Shown here: positions 1-11,956 of the stretch, piece by piece
Layout of the letters: every line of letters starts with the position of its first letter
Numbering within the stretch: the stretch's first letter is position 1
Assembly (NCBI GenBank): GCA_973895155.1
Contig: OZ316898.1
Span: forward strand, 13,360,330 to 13,424,329
Origin: Marsupella aquatica
Taxonomy: Eukaryota; Plantae; Marchantiophyta
Direction: 5' to 3'
Length of the DNA: 64,000 nt
Notes under the pieces: model-generated
The model's input: the letters and a program-made list of their open reading frames with translations, nothing else
Database searches by the model: none
Told to the model about the DNA's origin: nothing
Made by a program: the position numbers and the translations under genes

Positions 1-3000
1 AATGCGACACACAAATAGCAAAATGACTCATTCTGACTGAGTCATACCATGCACTTGCCATACAAACAGTACATCTCATACACAAGTTCTGCGAACTAAG
101 CCGTGAGGCCAACTCTATTCAGCTCTTAGGCATGAGGAAACATGAATATACACAAGGGTCACTGTATGACTAACCGAGAGCTTCTCGTACTACTTGATCC
201 CAGCCCGGCTGGTGCAAACTAAAAACTTGCTAAAGAAGAGGCCCTGAGCTCCCCGCTGCCCAGGTACTTATCCTGGTAGTGGATCCGCCATTCTTTGCAT
301 CGTAAGCCTAATCTACTTAACAGTAATCTACTTGCCCGAATCTACCTATGTACAGCAAGGCAGGAGCACAAGTGTTGCTCCTACCAGTGGGACCGCAATC
401 CCACTAAGCTAAGTGTCAGGGCCGCTCCTGGTTCTGATCCTAATCCTAAATGTGGAGATCCGCGCCCGCCCTGCCCACTCACGCCTCCTCCCTCCACGTC
501 TGCCCTCCCTAAAAGGAACGACGCCCTTGCACCGTCACGACACCGGTGGTGGATCCTTAATGGACGCCCCCAACGCTTCCTCCTCAGCCACTGCCGTAGG
601 CTCATTCCCTGACAGATTACCTGCCCTTGACTGAGTCAACTCTCCATCGGCCTGACTGGGTCCACCATCGGCGTCAGCATCGGCTCGAGAATCGGTTACG
701 GCCTCAGCCTCGGCTACGGTCTCCCCGGCCTGCTCAAGAGGCGGATCTGGAATACTGGCCTCCTTACTGAGTAGTTCGGCTTGGGCCGCACCATCCCTAC
801 CTGTGATCATAGCGGGATCTATTGCCGTATTCATGTCGGAGGATGGTGCTGGTTCTACCTCTTTGGTCACCACAGCTTGTGGAGTCGGATTACTCCTTGA
901 CCCTGAAGGTTTCCGCTTTTTCTTCTTTTCTGGTTCGGCAGCTGGTCCCTTCCCCTTCCCACTTACCTCCGGCACTGGTGCAGTTGGCGCGGCTTTTTCT
1001 TCGGCCAGTACCACTCCTGGTAACTTGGTTGCCCCAATTGGAGTTGGGCCTGATGAAGACAAGCACCTAAATACTGCGGCTTGTTTCTTCAGCCGCTCCG
1101 TTTGGTTGTCGGCCCGCCGCTGGAGGTTCTCCATCTTCCTCGTGATTTCCTCCAACTCCTCCTGGGTCTCATCCAGGTCCTTGCATGCCTCCTCTAGTTC
1201 CTTCTGGGCTTCCTCCTGTTCTTGTTTCAAGGTAGTCCTCTCCTCCTGGGTTGCTTTTAGCTCCTTGTCGAGCTCTGCAATGATGACAGACTCCATCTGG
1301 TTCATCTTGGCGTAAGTCTGTTCGAGCATCTCGTCCTTCTCCCTTAGGTCGGCCTTGAAGCTGGCCGTCAGGGACGCAAGCTCCTGCTGCAGCACCATAA
1401 TCCCTTGATAGGATTTCCCTAACTCGGCCTCCTTCTGCTCAAGGGCTCCGCGGATTTTCTCGAGCTCCCCTTTCAATGCCCATTCCTTTCTTTGGGTTTC
1501 CGCCATGGCCCGGCTGTTGGCTGTTATGTGGGCCTCCTCTGTATTCTTCAGCTCTTGCTTCCACTTCTCCCTCTCTTTGATCGTGTCGGCCAACTCTTCC
1601 TGCGTCTGAGTCAGTTTATCCTTGATATTCTGATTATCAGCCTGCACGGTGTCCAACTGCCCCTGCATGATGTTCAGCTCATGTTGTTTAATCCGCAGTT
1701 CATCTTGGGCTTTCTTGGCCGCCCTTAGATCTTCAATCTCGGCTTCCATCCTCCTAAGCCGCTGAATGACCTCGTCCTTCTTGCTTCTCTCTAAAGCCAC
1801 CGCTTCTGCTAATTGGTGCTTCTCCAACTGCTCCCTATGGAAAAAGGGTCCTACCTCCAACTCCTCTCCAAAGATGCCGAGCGCAAGTTCCCCACACATC
1901 TCACCATACTCCATGGCTCTATTCTTAGTGTAGGTGGAGTAAGTAGAAGTGATCGGCATCGCCCATCGCGGCCTCTGCTCCCAAGCCGTCCTGCGGATCT
2001 CTTCAATCGTGGCTAGAGGTTTGCTTCCTTTTTTGGCTAGCCGCCTGATGTCCTCCGGCCAATCTCCTCCTGGTAAATCCTTTTCCTTAGCCAGGGCGGC
2101 CTCCTCCTCCTGCTTGATTCGCTCCTGAAATTCCTGCACCGTCTGTTTTATGCCGTCGAAGCTCGGGGGAGCAACATCTGGTGGGGGAGACTCAGGGCTA
2201 CTCTGCTGGTTGGGGTCCCCTCGCACTACCCTTGGAAGTGTGGGGACAAACCGGCCATAGGTCCTTACTCCTGGAACGTGATGGTCCGACCCATAGCCGG
2301 AATTATCATGGCTGCAGTCCTCCACTGCCTCCTCTACCTCTTGGACGTCCGGCTTCTCCCTCTCCTCTTCGTCGGTAGGAGCTTCAGGCAATTCTGCCTC
2401 AGATTCGGAGCTTGAGGTTCCCACGTACATTCGAACACCTGGCTTGGATTCCGGCCTGATTCTTTCCTTGTCTCCAGCAAAGGGGTTTTCTCTTGTGAGC
2501 CGGTGTAGGCCTACCTCTGTAGTAGTGTCCTGCATTGTTGCCGTTGCCGTTGTTGTTGCCGATGCCGATTTCTTTTCTTTCTCCAGTAGTTTCAGCAGAC
2601 TCTGCATGCCTGGTTGCTGCATCGGCAAGTCCTCCTTCCTGGGCCTAAACACCTGCTCAATCGTAGGACTAACAGGTGGTTGAGGCTTCTCAGCCAACGG
2701 CCTCGGCGTTGGAGCTTCCTCGGGTGCCCTTACCTGCAGGGGAAGTACCAGGGCAAAAGTCTGACCTCTGGCATACCGGCACAACAGCGGCATATGATAG
2801 CCCAGCCGCGACACGCTCCCCATGCCGATTACCTGCTGCTCCTCCTTTAAGATCTTCTTCAATTGGTTGAGGAGGTACCCGTTGTAGTCCCGGCTTGGGT
2901 CTGGCCTTTTTGCCAGATAGACCTGTGCCTTGCCGATCTCTGCCCTCGGCAAGTTACAATGCATGGTCACCCGCAAGAAGTCGATCATCTCTCCTATGTG

Positions 3001-4282
3001 CGGGTTGGTGCAGGTGTTCCGGAAGAAGCCATTCTTCGTTGATGGCCCGGGGAACGACCGGAACTCCTTGTCAGGCAAGGTCTTCCTGGTATCAACTTTG
3101 GTCTTATTGCCTATCGGCAGGCCAAACACTTCGGCAATTACCTTGGGAGTAAGATAGAAATCCTTCCCATATATCCTCATGCAATTGGTCTCGGGTTCCC
3201 ATGACCCCACGAATTCTAATAGGTCTGACTCCGGTACCTCCGGCTTCAGCCATGGTAATCTTACAAAGGCCTCCAAGCCGGATCCGGCCATGAAGCCTTG
3301 GTACTTCTTGGTCTGCATGGCCGTAAAGCATGCATCCTCCTCCCGTGCAAAATGTAGTTGCACCTCCACCGGTAGGGTTGCCGCCCAGCCCTTCCAGGTG
3401 TCATCCCTGGTTGGAATGGCCTTGATGGGATCGACCTCCTCCTCTTCGGCTTCTCCCTGCCTCCTGTTCTGCTGCTCGGCTGGCTTCTTTGGTGCCGCCG
3501 ACCTCGTTCTTTTTGCCGGGGTGGCTTCATCATTGACGGCTCCCTTCCTCTTCATCTCTGCTGCCGTGGAGGTTTCTCCTAGCACCGTTGCCTGGGTCCA
3601 CCTTTCCGTGCTACCCTTTAATTCCCAGTGTATGTCGTTGTAGTTCTTGATGGCCTCTCGGATGCCGACGACGCTGTCTTTGCAAAATAGAAGATCGTCG
3701 AGTTGATTGGAAGTAGGCGTCCACAGGAACTCGTCCTTGATGAGTTCGCCTCCTAAGAAAGCCGTCTTCTGCAGCTCCCACAATCGAGCGAGCTCCTGCC
3801 GTTCTCGAGCTGCCCTTTCTGATTCCTCGTCCTCGTAAGTCTTGATGTACTCAGTTGCCCGTTCGAACAGGCATCCCCAGAAATGTGCCGCTTGATTGAC
3901 GTTGCTCATACCCTCCTTAGGTCGATCGTCGGTATCTACTCTCTCCCCGAGTGCTTGCCTAAGCAGCTGACAGTAGTTGGCCTCCCGTAGTCGTCTGCCT
4001 AGTTCGTGCTCGCAAATGAGCCACCATCTCCTGCAAGCGCTCCTTACCCCTCCCCTCTGCCGGTCCTTCTTCCCGTTGATCCTTCCTAGCCGCCGACGCT
4101 TAACGCGCCCTAACCCTAATCGGGTTTTCACCCTCAGCCTTACCTCCGGCCTCTGCCCGGGTTCCATGGTTGCCCCTAATTGTTTATATTTTCCTTGTTT
4201 TGTCCCTATACTAAGGTGTTCCTAGGGTGCCTTCCTGCTTTACCCACTTAACCGGCCGAGTGATTCCTGTCTAGGCATCACA
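1..4282. mobile_element. Probable end of an LTR retrotransposon (Gypsy/Tat-like) inserted into the DUF4216 exon of CACTA-1; other end outside window
   Basis: CACTA-1 DUF4216 homology stops abruptly after FPSQVDQCIIV at about 4282, where the + strand reads ...GGCATCACA (CA terminus). The sequence to the left is GC-richer and carries a PMD-like/coiled-coil ORF. No second LTR, PBS or pol is visible. Confidence 0.4.
535..4167 (-). CDS. 1210-aa intronless protein with a plant-mobile-domain-like segment, acidic/proline-rich linkers and a long coiled coil; typical of accessory ORFs of Gypsy/Tat retroelements
   Basis: Uninterrupted 3.6-kb ORF. LLEFVGSWEPETNCMRIYGKDFYLTPKVIAEVFGLP resembles the PMD/Transposase_32 core. 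About 250 aa of heptad-rich E/K/Q/L sequence. Confidence 0.6.
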   Translation of the reverse strand: MEPGQRPEVRLRVKTRLGLGRVKRRRLGRINGKKDRQRGGVRSACRRWWLICEHELGRRLREANYCQLLRQALGERVDTDDRPKEGMSNVNQAAHFWGCLFERATEYIKTYEDEESERAARERQELARLWELQKTAFLGGELIKDEFLWTPTSNQLDDLLFCKDSVVGIREAIKNYNDIHWELKGSTERWTQATVLGETSTAAEMKRKGAVNDEATPAKRTRSAAPKKPAEQQNRRQGEAEEEEVDPIKAIPTRDDTWKGWAATLPVEVQLHFAREEDACFTAMQTKKYQGFMAGSGLEAFVRLPWLKPEVPESDLLEFVGSWEPETNCMRIYGKDFYLTPKVIAEVFGLPIGNKTKVDTRKTLPDKEFRSFPGPSTKNGFFRNTCTNPHIGEMIDFLRVTMHCNLPRAEIGKAQVYLAKRPDPSRDYNGYLLNQLKKILKEEQQVIGMGSVSRLGYHMPLLCRYARGQTFALVLPLQVRAPEEAPTPRPLAEKPQPPVSPTIEQVFRPRKEDLPMQQPGMQSLLKLLEKEKKSASATTTATATMQDTTTEVGLHRLTRENPFAGDKERIRPESKPGVRMYVGTSSSESEAELPEAPTDEEEREKPDVQEVEEAVEDCSHDNSGYGSDHHVPGVRTYGRFVPTLPRVVRGDPNQQSSPESPPPDVAPPSFDGIKQTVQEFQERIKQEEEAALAKEKDLPGGDWPEDIRRLAKKGSKPLATIEEIRRTAWEQRPRWAMPITSTYSTYTKNRAMEYGEMCGELALGIFGEELEVGPFFHREQLEKHQLAEAVALERSKKDEVIQRLRRMEAEIEDLRAAKKAQDELRIKQHELNIMQGQLDTVQADNQNIKDKLTQTQEELADTIKEREKWKQELKNTEEAHITANSRAMAETQRKEWALKGELEKIRGALEQKEAELGKSYQGIMVLQQELASLTASFKADLREKDEMLEQTYAKMNQMESVIIAELDKELKATQEERTTLKQEQEEAQKELEEACKDLDETQEELEEITRKMENLQRRADNQTERLKKQAAVFRCLSSSGPTPIGATKLPGVVLAEEKAAPTAPVPEVSGKGKGPAAEPEKKKKRKPSGSRSNPTPQAVVTKEVEPAPSSDMNTAIDPAMITGRDGAAQAELLSKEASIPDPPLEQAGETVAEAEAVTDSRADADADGGPSQADGELTQSRAGNLSGNEPTAVAEEEALGASIKDPPPVS

Positions 4283-5703
4283 ATAATACACTGATCCACC
4301 TGGCTAGGAAATACTATAGTGTCACTAACCTCAGTCCTGGATGGTGCTACACGTGTCGTGTCTACCCGATAGAACCCACACTCATCTTTCACCATGGTGG
4401 CTCTATGTGGAGGTGACATGATGGATTTGTGCCACCGCACCTCTAACACAGTAGTAGTAAATGACCCAAAGTGAACGTCTAAAATATCCAATATAGTGCC
4501 ACAATAGGGAATCTCAACATCACCTGGGTCTATCAACATGAACACTCCTGAGTTACATGTACTCTTCTTCATGTGATCTGTCCTCCAAGTGCAAAAGTGG
4601 TGCCCTGACTCATACATGTGTGTATGGGCCATTACCCACAACCCTGGTCCCCTAATGATGTTCTGTACATCAATGGGAATGGATAAGGGTCCATGCTCTG
4701 CAAGGAGCCTATCCATGCGCTCCAATGCCCATACGCAAAATAATGCATACCATCGTGGAACTATCGGTTGCTGCTCCAACAATGCACTGCAAAAAAGTAT
4801 GAATCCATGAGAATATTGCACAATCCAAAGAAGTGCTCCTTGAACCCACTCTAACTTCTACACACATAGAATGTAGAACAACATCTACTCTTAGATTAAC
4901 ATATATATAGAGTTGCATATATGTACCTATGCAACTCCCTCCACTCAGACATCTCTGGGCGATTTCCCAACACATAATTGTGGATCTGTAGGCAAAGTAT
5001 GTCGTCATGTAGTGAACGCTTTTTTGATGCACCCATCAAACGCAACCCACCATTGTCATCATCTTGTGCCTCTTCCCAAGCTATGGGAGCTTCTGTGTCC
5101 AAACTCCCTATCATCCCTCCGGAATAAAAGAGGCACTCCGACATGATATACCCCGTTGCCATACTTCCCTCTGGTCGAGCTGGTTGACGCACCATGGACT
5201 TGAGCACTTTCATGAAGCGCTCTATCCAATACATCCAACGTGCATGGACAGGACCAGCAATCGCGACCTCATCCACCAAGTGACATAGTAAATGCAATTG
5301 CATGTCAAATATGCATGGGGGAAACACCTTCTCCATATTGCACATCACACGAGCTGACCTCTCCCTCATCAAAGGAATCTCAGACTCCTTTATCTCCTTA
5401 GTGCATACCCACCTATGTTCCTCCTCAAAACCATCAAAGATTTTGTATATCAGATCCACATAGGGCCATAGAAAAATGAGTTTGAAATACTTGTTGAATT
5501 ACAGGGCTCCTCCAGCGGTAACAAGAACTTGCAAGAGAGCAATGGAAGAGAGGGTATGTTATCATACCTGAAAATGGAGCACATCTCATATATAGTCAGA
5601 CGGAGTAAACGACGCTCCCGGGAATCATCACAACAACGCAAAACTGCTGGTAGCACATGTTGTATCAACTTGTGATAATCATGAGACTTCAACCCTATTG
5701 GGG
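4283..5703 (-). pseudogene. CACTA-1 tnpD 3' exons (DUF4218 and DUF4216 regions)
   Basis: GLKSHDYHKLIQHVLP, MEKVFPPCIFDMQLHLLCHLVDEVAIAGPVHARWMYWIERFMKVLK, NSGV..YCGTILDIL..KDECGF..FPSQVDQ are canonical EnSpm transposase motifs, separated by GT-AG introns. Confidence 0.88.
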
Positions 5704-5744
5704 GTATATCAGCCTATTCATTAAAAGTGTATTATTATTTGATT

Positions 5745-6070
5745 TATGTACATTTGGGCAATGAAAAGTGTACTTTTGGGCGAGGAAAAGTGTACATTTG
5801 GCCAATGAAAAGTGTACATTTGGGGATAGAAAAGTGTATAATTGGCCTAAAGAGTGTACATTTGGGCAATAAAAAGTGTATATTTGAACATCAAAATAGG
5901 TACATTTGGCTCTAAAAGTGTACATTTGAGTACATTTGGCCTAGAAAGTGTACATTTGAGTGAAAGAAACATACATTTGGCTTAAAAAGTGTACATTTAA
6001 GTGCAGTTGGTCTAGAAAGTGTAACTTTGAGTGCAACAAAGTGTACATTTGGCCTAAAAAGTGTATATTT
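5745..6070 (+). repeat. Left subterminal repeats AAAGTGTACATTT(GG) of the outer element
   Basis: More than 10 imperfect copies. The core AAAAGTGTA is also the inner part of the TIR. Three further copies lie at about 30698-30754. Confidence 0.85.
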
Positions 6071-6359
6071 TCCTACCAAATCTTATTATAATCATTTAAA
6101 AGAAAGGAATGAATAGAAAAATATTTTTAATTATGCAAAAAAGCAAACATTCATATTCATAATGATCAAAAGTTTAGAAAATGAGGAGATAGTATAACTA
6201 ACACTCAATGACATGGTCTCACATTAAAACTATTAGAATAGTAAATAACTAGTACGTAAGTTAGTATGTTTGAATGAGTGTCGACTATTTACATAAAAAC
6301 TAGGTAAGTAACTATCTAAATTAATTTAATTATTATAGCTTCGCAAGTAACAACTAAGT

Positions 6360-9300
6360 CTACTTGTCCATCCTTTGGAGATAACTTTGGACAGTTTGTA
6401 GAACATTTCGAGGAATCTTCAAACCTCTGCCCGCCATGTTTTCTTCTTTCATGCCAGATTTAAAACCATACATTGCAGAATTTGCATATTGCCAATGTTG
6501 AGCGTTCTCACCAAACCCTGGATCTCGTTCCCATGTCTTAGTGGACATGAAGCAGTTTAGATACCGTGCACTCTCAGTCACATCAAGTTTAGAGTGTTTA
6601 GGCCTCCACCATTCGACTGGAAACATTGGAGCATATTGTTGAGGCATAGGAGGGTTTGTTGGAGATGTAGTTGGGACTTCATGCTTAGGGTCCACCGAAC
6701 CCAAAGCTCTCACCAACCAAAAATGACCTCCACCATTTTTATTCTCCCAATCATCCTCAGGTCGAAGAAATACAAAGTTCCCTTCACGAATATCCTGTAG
6801 GGGAATCCACCGTCCTTGTTCTCTCTCAGCTCGAGATCCAACAAATGGTGCTGCTTGATCTTCCATCTCTTCCAAGACCTCATTTTGAAGAGCCGTCATC
6901 TCTGCATTCTCCTCATCTTCACTTGGAGGACCACTTTGTTCCGGTTGGTTGACCTTGTAACCAGTGCCGTGGTTAGTCTTAGGCCAAAATCCATTTTTCA
7001 AGGGAAATTGAGTACTTCCCTCCCCTTCTAGTGCAAGCCCATTTGTCAACAACTCCACAATTCTCTCCCAATATTTCACAAGAGGAAATCTTTCCTTATA
7101 TGCTATAGATGTCTCATCAGTGCAACTCCTTCTCAAAAAATCAAGGTACTTGTTAAGAAATGGGATAATCTCTTCAGATTTTTTGTGTATCTCTCCAATG
7201 AATTTAGCTAAGGGCTCTCCACTAGGTAAAAGAAGAGAATTTGTTGTCAGATCTATTGCCCAAATGCACCTTCCTCCAACTGGAGCCCAAGCTTGCTTTA
7301 CATGGGACTTATACTGAAATATTGGTACATTATCTCTCATAGAGAAAAGAAATGATACGGGTTTTGAGTGACCTTGAATATCTTTAACTTTGAAAGTTTG
7401 AAGATATTCTTTGTAAGATGCAACTTCTTGTATCAATCTGGGAACTGGATGAATGCTCTCACATTCCCAAACCTCTGCCATAAGAGCAAGGAGAGTTGCA
7501 ACTTCCTTGTGCTGAACTTGATATGATACCTTCGAAAAGAGTGCATCAACATCTTTGTGTGTATGACCAACCATTAGAAAAGACATTTGAACAGTTTCAA
7601 ATACTCCTCTACTCACAAGCTCACTACAAAATGCCATGACAGTCTGGTTTTTGTTATCCTTTGCTGAGTTATCCATTTGTAGTGTTAGGTGCCTTGGCAA
7701 GGGCTTGAAAGATGGACTGCCTTGTTCCCCATGCATGTCCCCTCCTTGATCCTCACCATGTTGGGTGGAGACCGTCTCCGTCTGACTCTCGGCTGCATCT
7801 TCAGAACCAATATACCTATTCATTGGAATACTCTTTGGTTCCAAATATCCCTTAAAAAATGCATCAAAGTCAAGAAGGGCTTGAAAGAAAGGTCTATGAG
7901 GTTCCAAATAAAGGTCATCCAACATGTCACCTGTCTTGTCTCCATTGTACTCTTCAAGGTCTCGAAGACACTTAGCCAAGGATGTCACCGTGAAATCAGC
8001 ATCTCCTGGCCAAAGGCCAGTGACACTAAAGTGTGCATAGACTCCTGGATCCCTTCCGTGGGTCAACATCCCTGTGAGAGCAATAGGTAGTGGCATCCCA
8101 TGACCCGAAAGTGATTTAGGAGTACTGACCATTTTTGGAATCCATGTCTTTGCTTGATCCATCTTGTCGTGAATGATGCAAAGATATTCCCCTGGATGTT
8201 GCTTAGCCATCACTCGATGAGCATAGTAAACATATCTACGTGACATCTGCTCACGAAGATGTTGCGCTCATTTTTCTTCAATTTCAGCACGCTCTTTTTT
8301 CCTTCTTTCTTGCATCAAACTATCTTTGTATTCACAACAAAGAGTACACTTGGCAAATGCACCATCTTTATGGAAACTGAAGTTTGCGAATGATTTGCTC
8401 CAAATCTTGTACAAAGTATTCTCTGTAACTGGAGGAAGCCCCTCTTCCTTCATCTTTGTTCTCACATCTTCCAAAATCTCCAACTTCTTGTAACATGCTG
8501 GAAGACGATACTCAATGGAGTCTGTCCCATGAGCCCCAGCATAAGGTATATGAGGCATGGGCTCTGCGTTTCGAGTCAAAAAATCCTCCAACAGAGCTCG
8601 TGCATGCAAGGTATTTGACCTTGTTTTCATGGAGCCCGTGTTTCCATGGAACCCAATTTTGCAACCCTCCACATATCTCCTTTTGTAATCATAATATTTC
8701 GTGTGGCTAAAGCCATGGATGATTGCAAATGCATGTCGACATACGACCATACCCTTGAGAACATGTTGCCCCTTATCACGAACATCATCTTCTCTATAGT
8801 GGAAGAGGTTGAAAATATGTGATGTTTTTGACTCGCTAGACATCCCGTGAAATTCTATCCGGATATCTTCTATGTCTTCTCTTGGCATAGTCAGACAACA
8901 TTTCTGCTTGCAACAATTCTCTCTTTTAATTTCATCAATCGAAGCTTCCGTTGTTTTTGAAACTGCTTTGGTTTCCAACAACCTTCTCTTCTTTTCAATC
9001 GGATCTACATGGGTCCTCTTGTTGAAATTGTATGGCCTTGTGCGCGGCATTCCCCTATCATTTACATTTGGATAGAGATCATCCCTATCCACCGTCTCCA
9101 TCCTCTCTGAACCTTCAACCAAAATGTCCGACAAAAATTTCCCGTTTGCAAGTAGTTTTGTTGAATCAATCCGCCACCGAACCAAAGTAATTACTCCCCT
9201 ATGGAAATTGGGAAAGTATTGTGATTCCACCACATCTTTCACAGCAATCCCTACATGGTCCTCACCAAGGATTTCATCGTCAACCGTCGCCGTTTCTTGA

Positions 9301-10119
9301 GGCACAGTGATGGTCCCCGTGGCAACCCTATTGGTTCGATCTGAACCAATGTATAGTTCGACCAACTCTGACATCCAATTTGACCGTTGGAAATAGTCAC
9401 AATTAGTTTTAGAAATTTCAGTTGAGGGAGACTCCGCAACAAAACTTCGCTCTATGTTGATATCATCGCCCGCATCCTTCTTTGAGAAACTCTTTCTACT
9501 TCGGACATCTGCCACATCCCAGAGAACCCATGAGTCTTTTGCTTCGTCAATTGTTTCAGCCCCGCTGTGTTTGTAAGGTAAAACCCTACTCCCATGAATG
9601 ACATCAGTGACCCTCACACTGATCCGTGATTCACCAAGTAAAATGTTGTGACATCTTTCCATTGGATTTGTATTGAAAACAACTCCAAGGGCTACACAAC
9701 ACCCAAAGATGAACATTTCAACCTCATCCCTTGCCTCAGAGTGGTTGATGAGTCCTCCTCTACAATTGGATTTTTTTCCAAATTACTCTCCGGTCGATTT
9801 GAACAACTACCTACACTAATGTGTTTTTGAGAATTTGTTATCGTTGATAGATATGCGCAAGACAAATCCCAAATAACGCAAGAATCAATGGCATCAAAAA
9901 GGTTTTCTGCCCGAGGCATTGGAAATGGTAGTTTTGTGGTTCGGTCAAAAACTTTCTCAATGAGAACGCCCATTTGATTCTCTCTCAACAATATCTTTTG
10001 AACACTATCTTGCGGGTTGATTTTTTGAACTGTCCCGCTTGCAACATCGTAACCACCAATTGTCAATATCACATTGTCTCCTCTCAAAAATATTCCGGTC
10101 ATTCCTACAACGTGTTCAC
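6360..10119 (-). pseudogene. DUF7869-type (Sola-like) DDD transposase of the outer element, disrupted
   Basis: Motifs FAKCTLC, IIHDKMDQAKT, LQMDNSAKDNKN, FLMVGHTHKDVDALFS. ORFs 8268-9716 and 6360-8246 are one frame split by a TGA (EEK*AQHLREQMSRR). Frameshift near 9700-9780. Splice acceptor TTGTGCAG at about 10120. Confidence 0.85.
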
Positions 10120-10329
10120 CTGCACAATTTGAAATGTAAGGTATTAGTTAACAATGGTCCCAACTAGGAAGCAGATAGGTGTGAACCCCATCCAAGGACA
10201 GTGCGCAAATAGGGATCATCCCCATCAAGCAAAATAATAGGTCCCTAAACAATCCTTATCTAGCCCTAAGATCCCTGATCCCTGATCCCTGATCCTTGAT
10301 CCCTGATCCTTGATCCCTATTTAGACGTT

Positions 10330-11280
10330 CGGTAGGGATGATCCCTGTCCAGACGGCAGATAGGTTCTATCACTGTCCAAACAATGGACATAGATGATCC
10401 CTGTAAACGGCGGACAGGGATCATCCCTATCCAAAATCCGGACAGGGATGATCCCTATCAGAACGGTGGATAGGGTCTATCATTGTCCAAATGGTGGACA
10501 CAGCTGATCCCTGTCCAAATGGCGGATAGGGTCTATCACTGTCCAAACAATAGACATGGATGATTCAAGGTCCGGATCACTTAGGATCACTCAGCGGTCC
10601 TATCTGAAAGTAAAACCTTTCATATTGGGGTCCCATAAAGCAAATACCTCAAACGGCGGACAAGGATCATCCCTATCCAAATGGCAGACAGGGATCATCC
10701 CTATCCAATGGCGGACAGGGATCATCCCCATCCAAATGGTGGACAGGGATCATCTCTATCCAAATGGCAGACAGGGATCATCCCCATCCAAATGGTGGAC
10801 AGGGATCATCTCTATCCAAATGGGGGACAGGGATCATCGCTATCCAAACGGGGGACAGGGATCATCGCTATCCAAACGGTGGACAGGGATCATCTCTATC
10901 CAAATGGCGGATAGGGATCATCCCTATCCAAATGGTGGACAGGGATCATCTCTATCCAAATGGTGGACAGGGATCATCGCTATCCAAACGGTGGACAGGG
11001 ATCATCTCTATCCAAATGGCGGATAGGGATCATCCCTATCCAAATGGTGGACAGGGATCATCGCTATCCAAACGGCGGACAAGGATCATCCCTATCCAAA
11101 TGGTGGACAGGGATCATCTCTATCCAAATGGTGGACAGGGATCATCTCTATCCAAATGATGGACAGGGATCATCTCTATCCAAAAGCCGAACAGGGATCA
11201 TCCCCATCCAAATGGTGGACAGAGATCATCCCCATCCAAACGGTGCACAGAGATCATCCCTATCCAAACAGTGGACAGAC
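10330..11280. repeat. Tandem array of a 28-bp unit containing the palindrome GGAYAGRGAT-S-ATCYCTRTCC
   Basis: About 22 head-to-tail units such as AAATGGTGGACAGGGATCATCTCTATCC from about 10652 to 11270, plus looser copies from 10330. Preceded by a (GATCCCT)n half-site microsatellite at about 10270-10320. Confidence 0.95.
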
Positions 11281-11956
11281 CCTTGTACGGACAATTAACC
11301 TCTACACACTAATTTAATGTTTGACCAAAGAAAGGTTTGATTGAGATGATCCCAATCGTGAGTTGGGCTGGATACCCCAACCTTAAGTAACTTAGATATA
11401 CAATTCCTAAATTTGATACCAACAGAATATTCTATAATTAAGTTGAAAGTTAACTGTACTGGAAATGATTCTTGAACACAAAACTCACTTAGTTTATGTT
11501 GTCAAACCAAGTAATAAAATACTTTGTTGAAGGGGTAGTTCTCAGTAAGCTGGTAAACTAAATGCTTCAGGGGTGTGGAAGAAATTAAAACTAGATGTTC
11601 TGTCTAGAAAACAAGAGTGGCTCAATGGGGCTCCGTAATGAATGGACCTGGTTGAGACACTGAATGAAAATCTAGACATGAAAATACCAAATGAGGACCA
11701 GCCGGAGCAGCCCAAGTATCTTATACCATTCAAGATCGCTCTTACGGATAAGGCGATGCGTGATCAGCCTTAAGCAGCGGCGGAGTTTAGGGTCGAGTGG
11801 ATTAGGTCACCCACGCCACACAACCAAGTCGGGCGGCACAATTTACGCAGCCTTGCGTTTAGGGTTTGCAGCTCAGCCTCCCACGTGTTGAGTCGGCCTT
11901 GCCTCGCCTTGGTGTGGGGGGGGGTAAAGGAGGCAAGAGGTCCCACTTGGACCTCA

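Noticed and set aside
803-3643. Numerous + strand ORFs opposite the 1210-aa ORF, and similar shadows opposite other long genes
   Set aside because: Antisense shadows with Ser/Leu/Phe-biased translations and no recognisable motifs.
5704-5710. Alternative TA or ATAT target duplication for the outer element (Tc1/mariner-like)
   Set aside because: GTAT gives a perfect TSD, a perfect TIR and an in-frame empty site. The alternatives need mismatches or break the host frame.
10652-11280. CRISPR-like array of palindromic repeats
   Set aside because: The period is only 28 bp with near-identical 7-bp linkers rather than unique spacers. No cas genes, and the context is eukaryotic and intronic.
10556-11298. 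Overlapping ORFs in all three + frames across the array (also 26498-26734 and 17778-17981)
   Set aside because: By-products of stop-poor tandem repeats; the translations cycle through the same three peptides.
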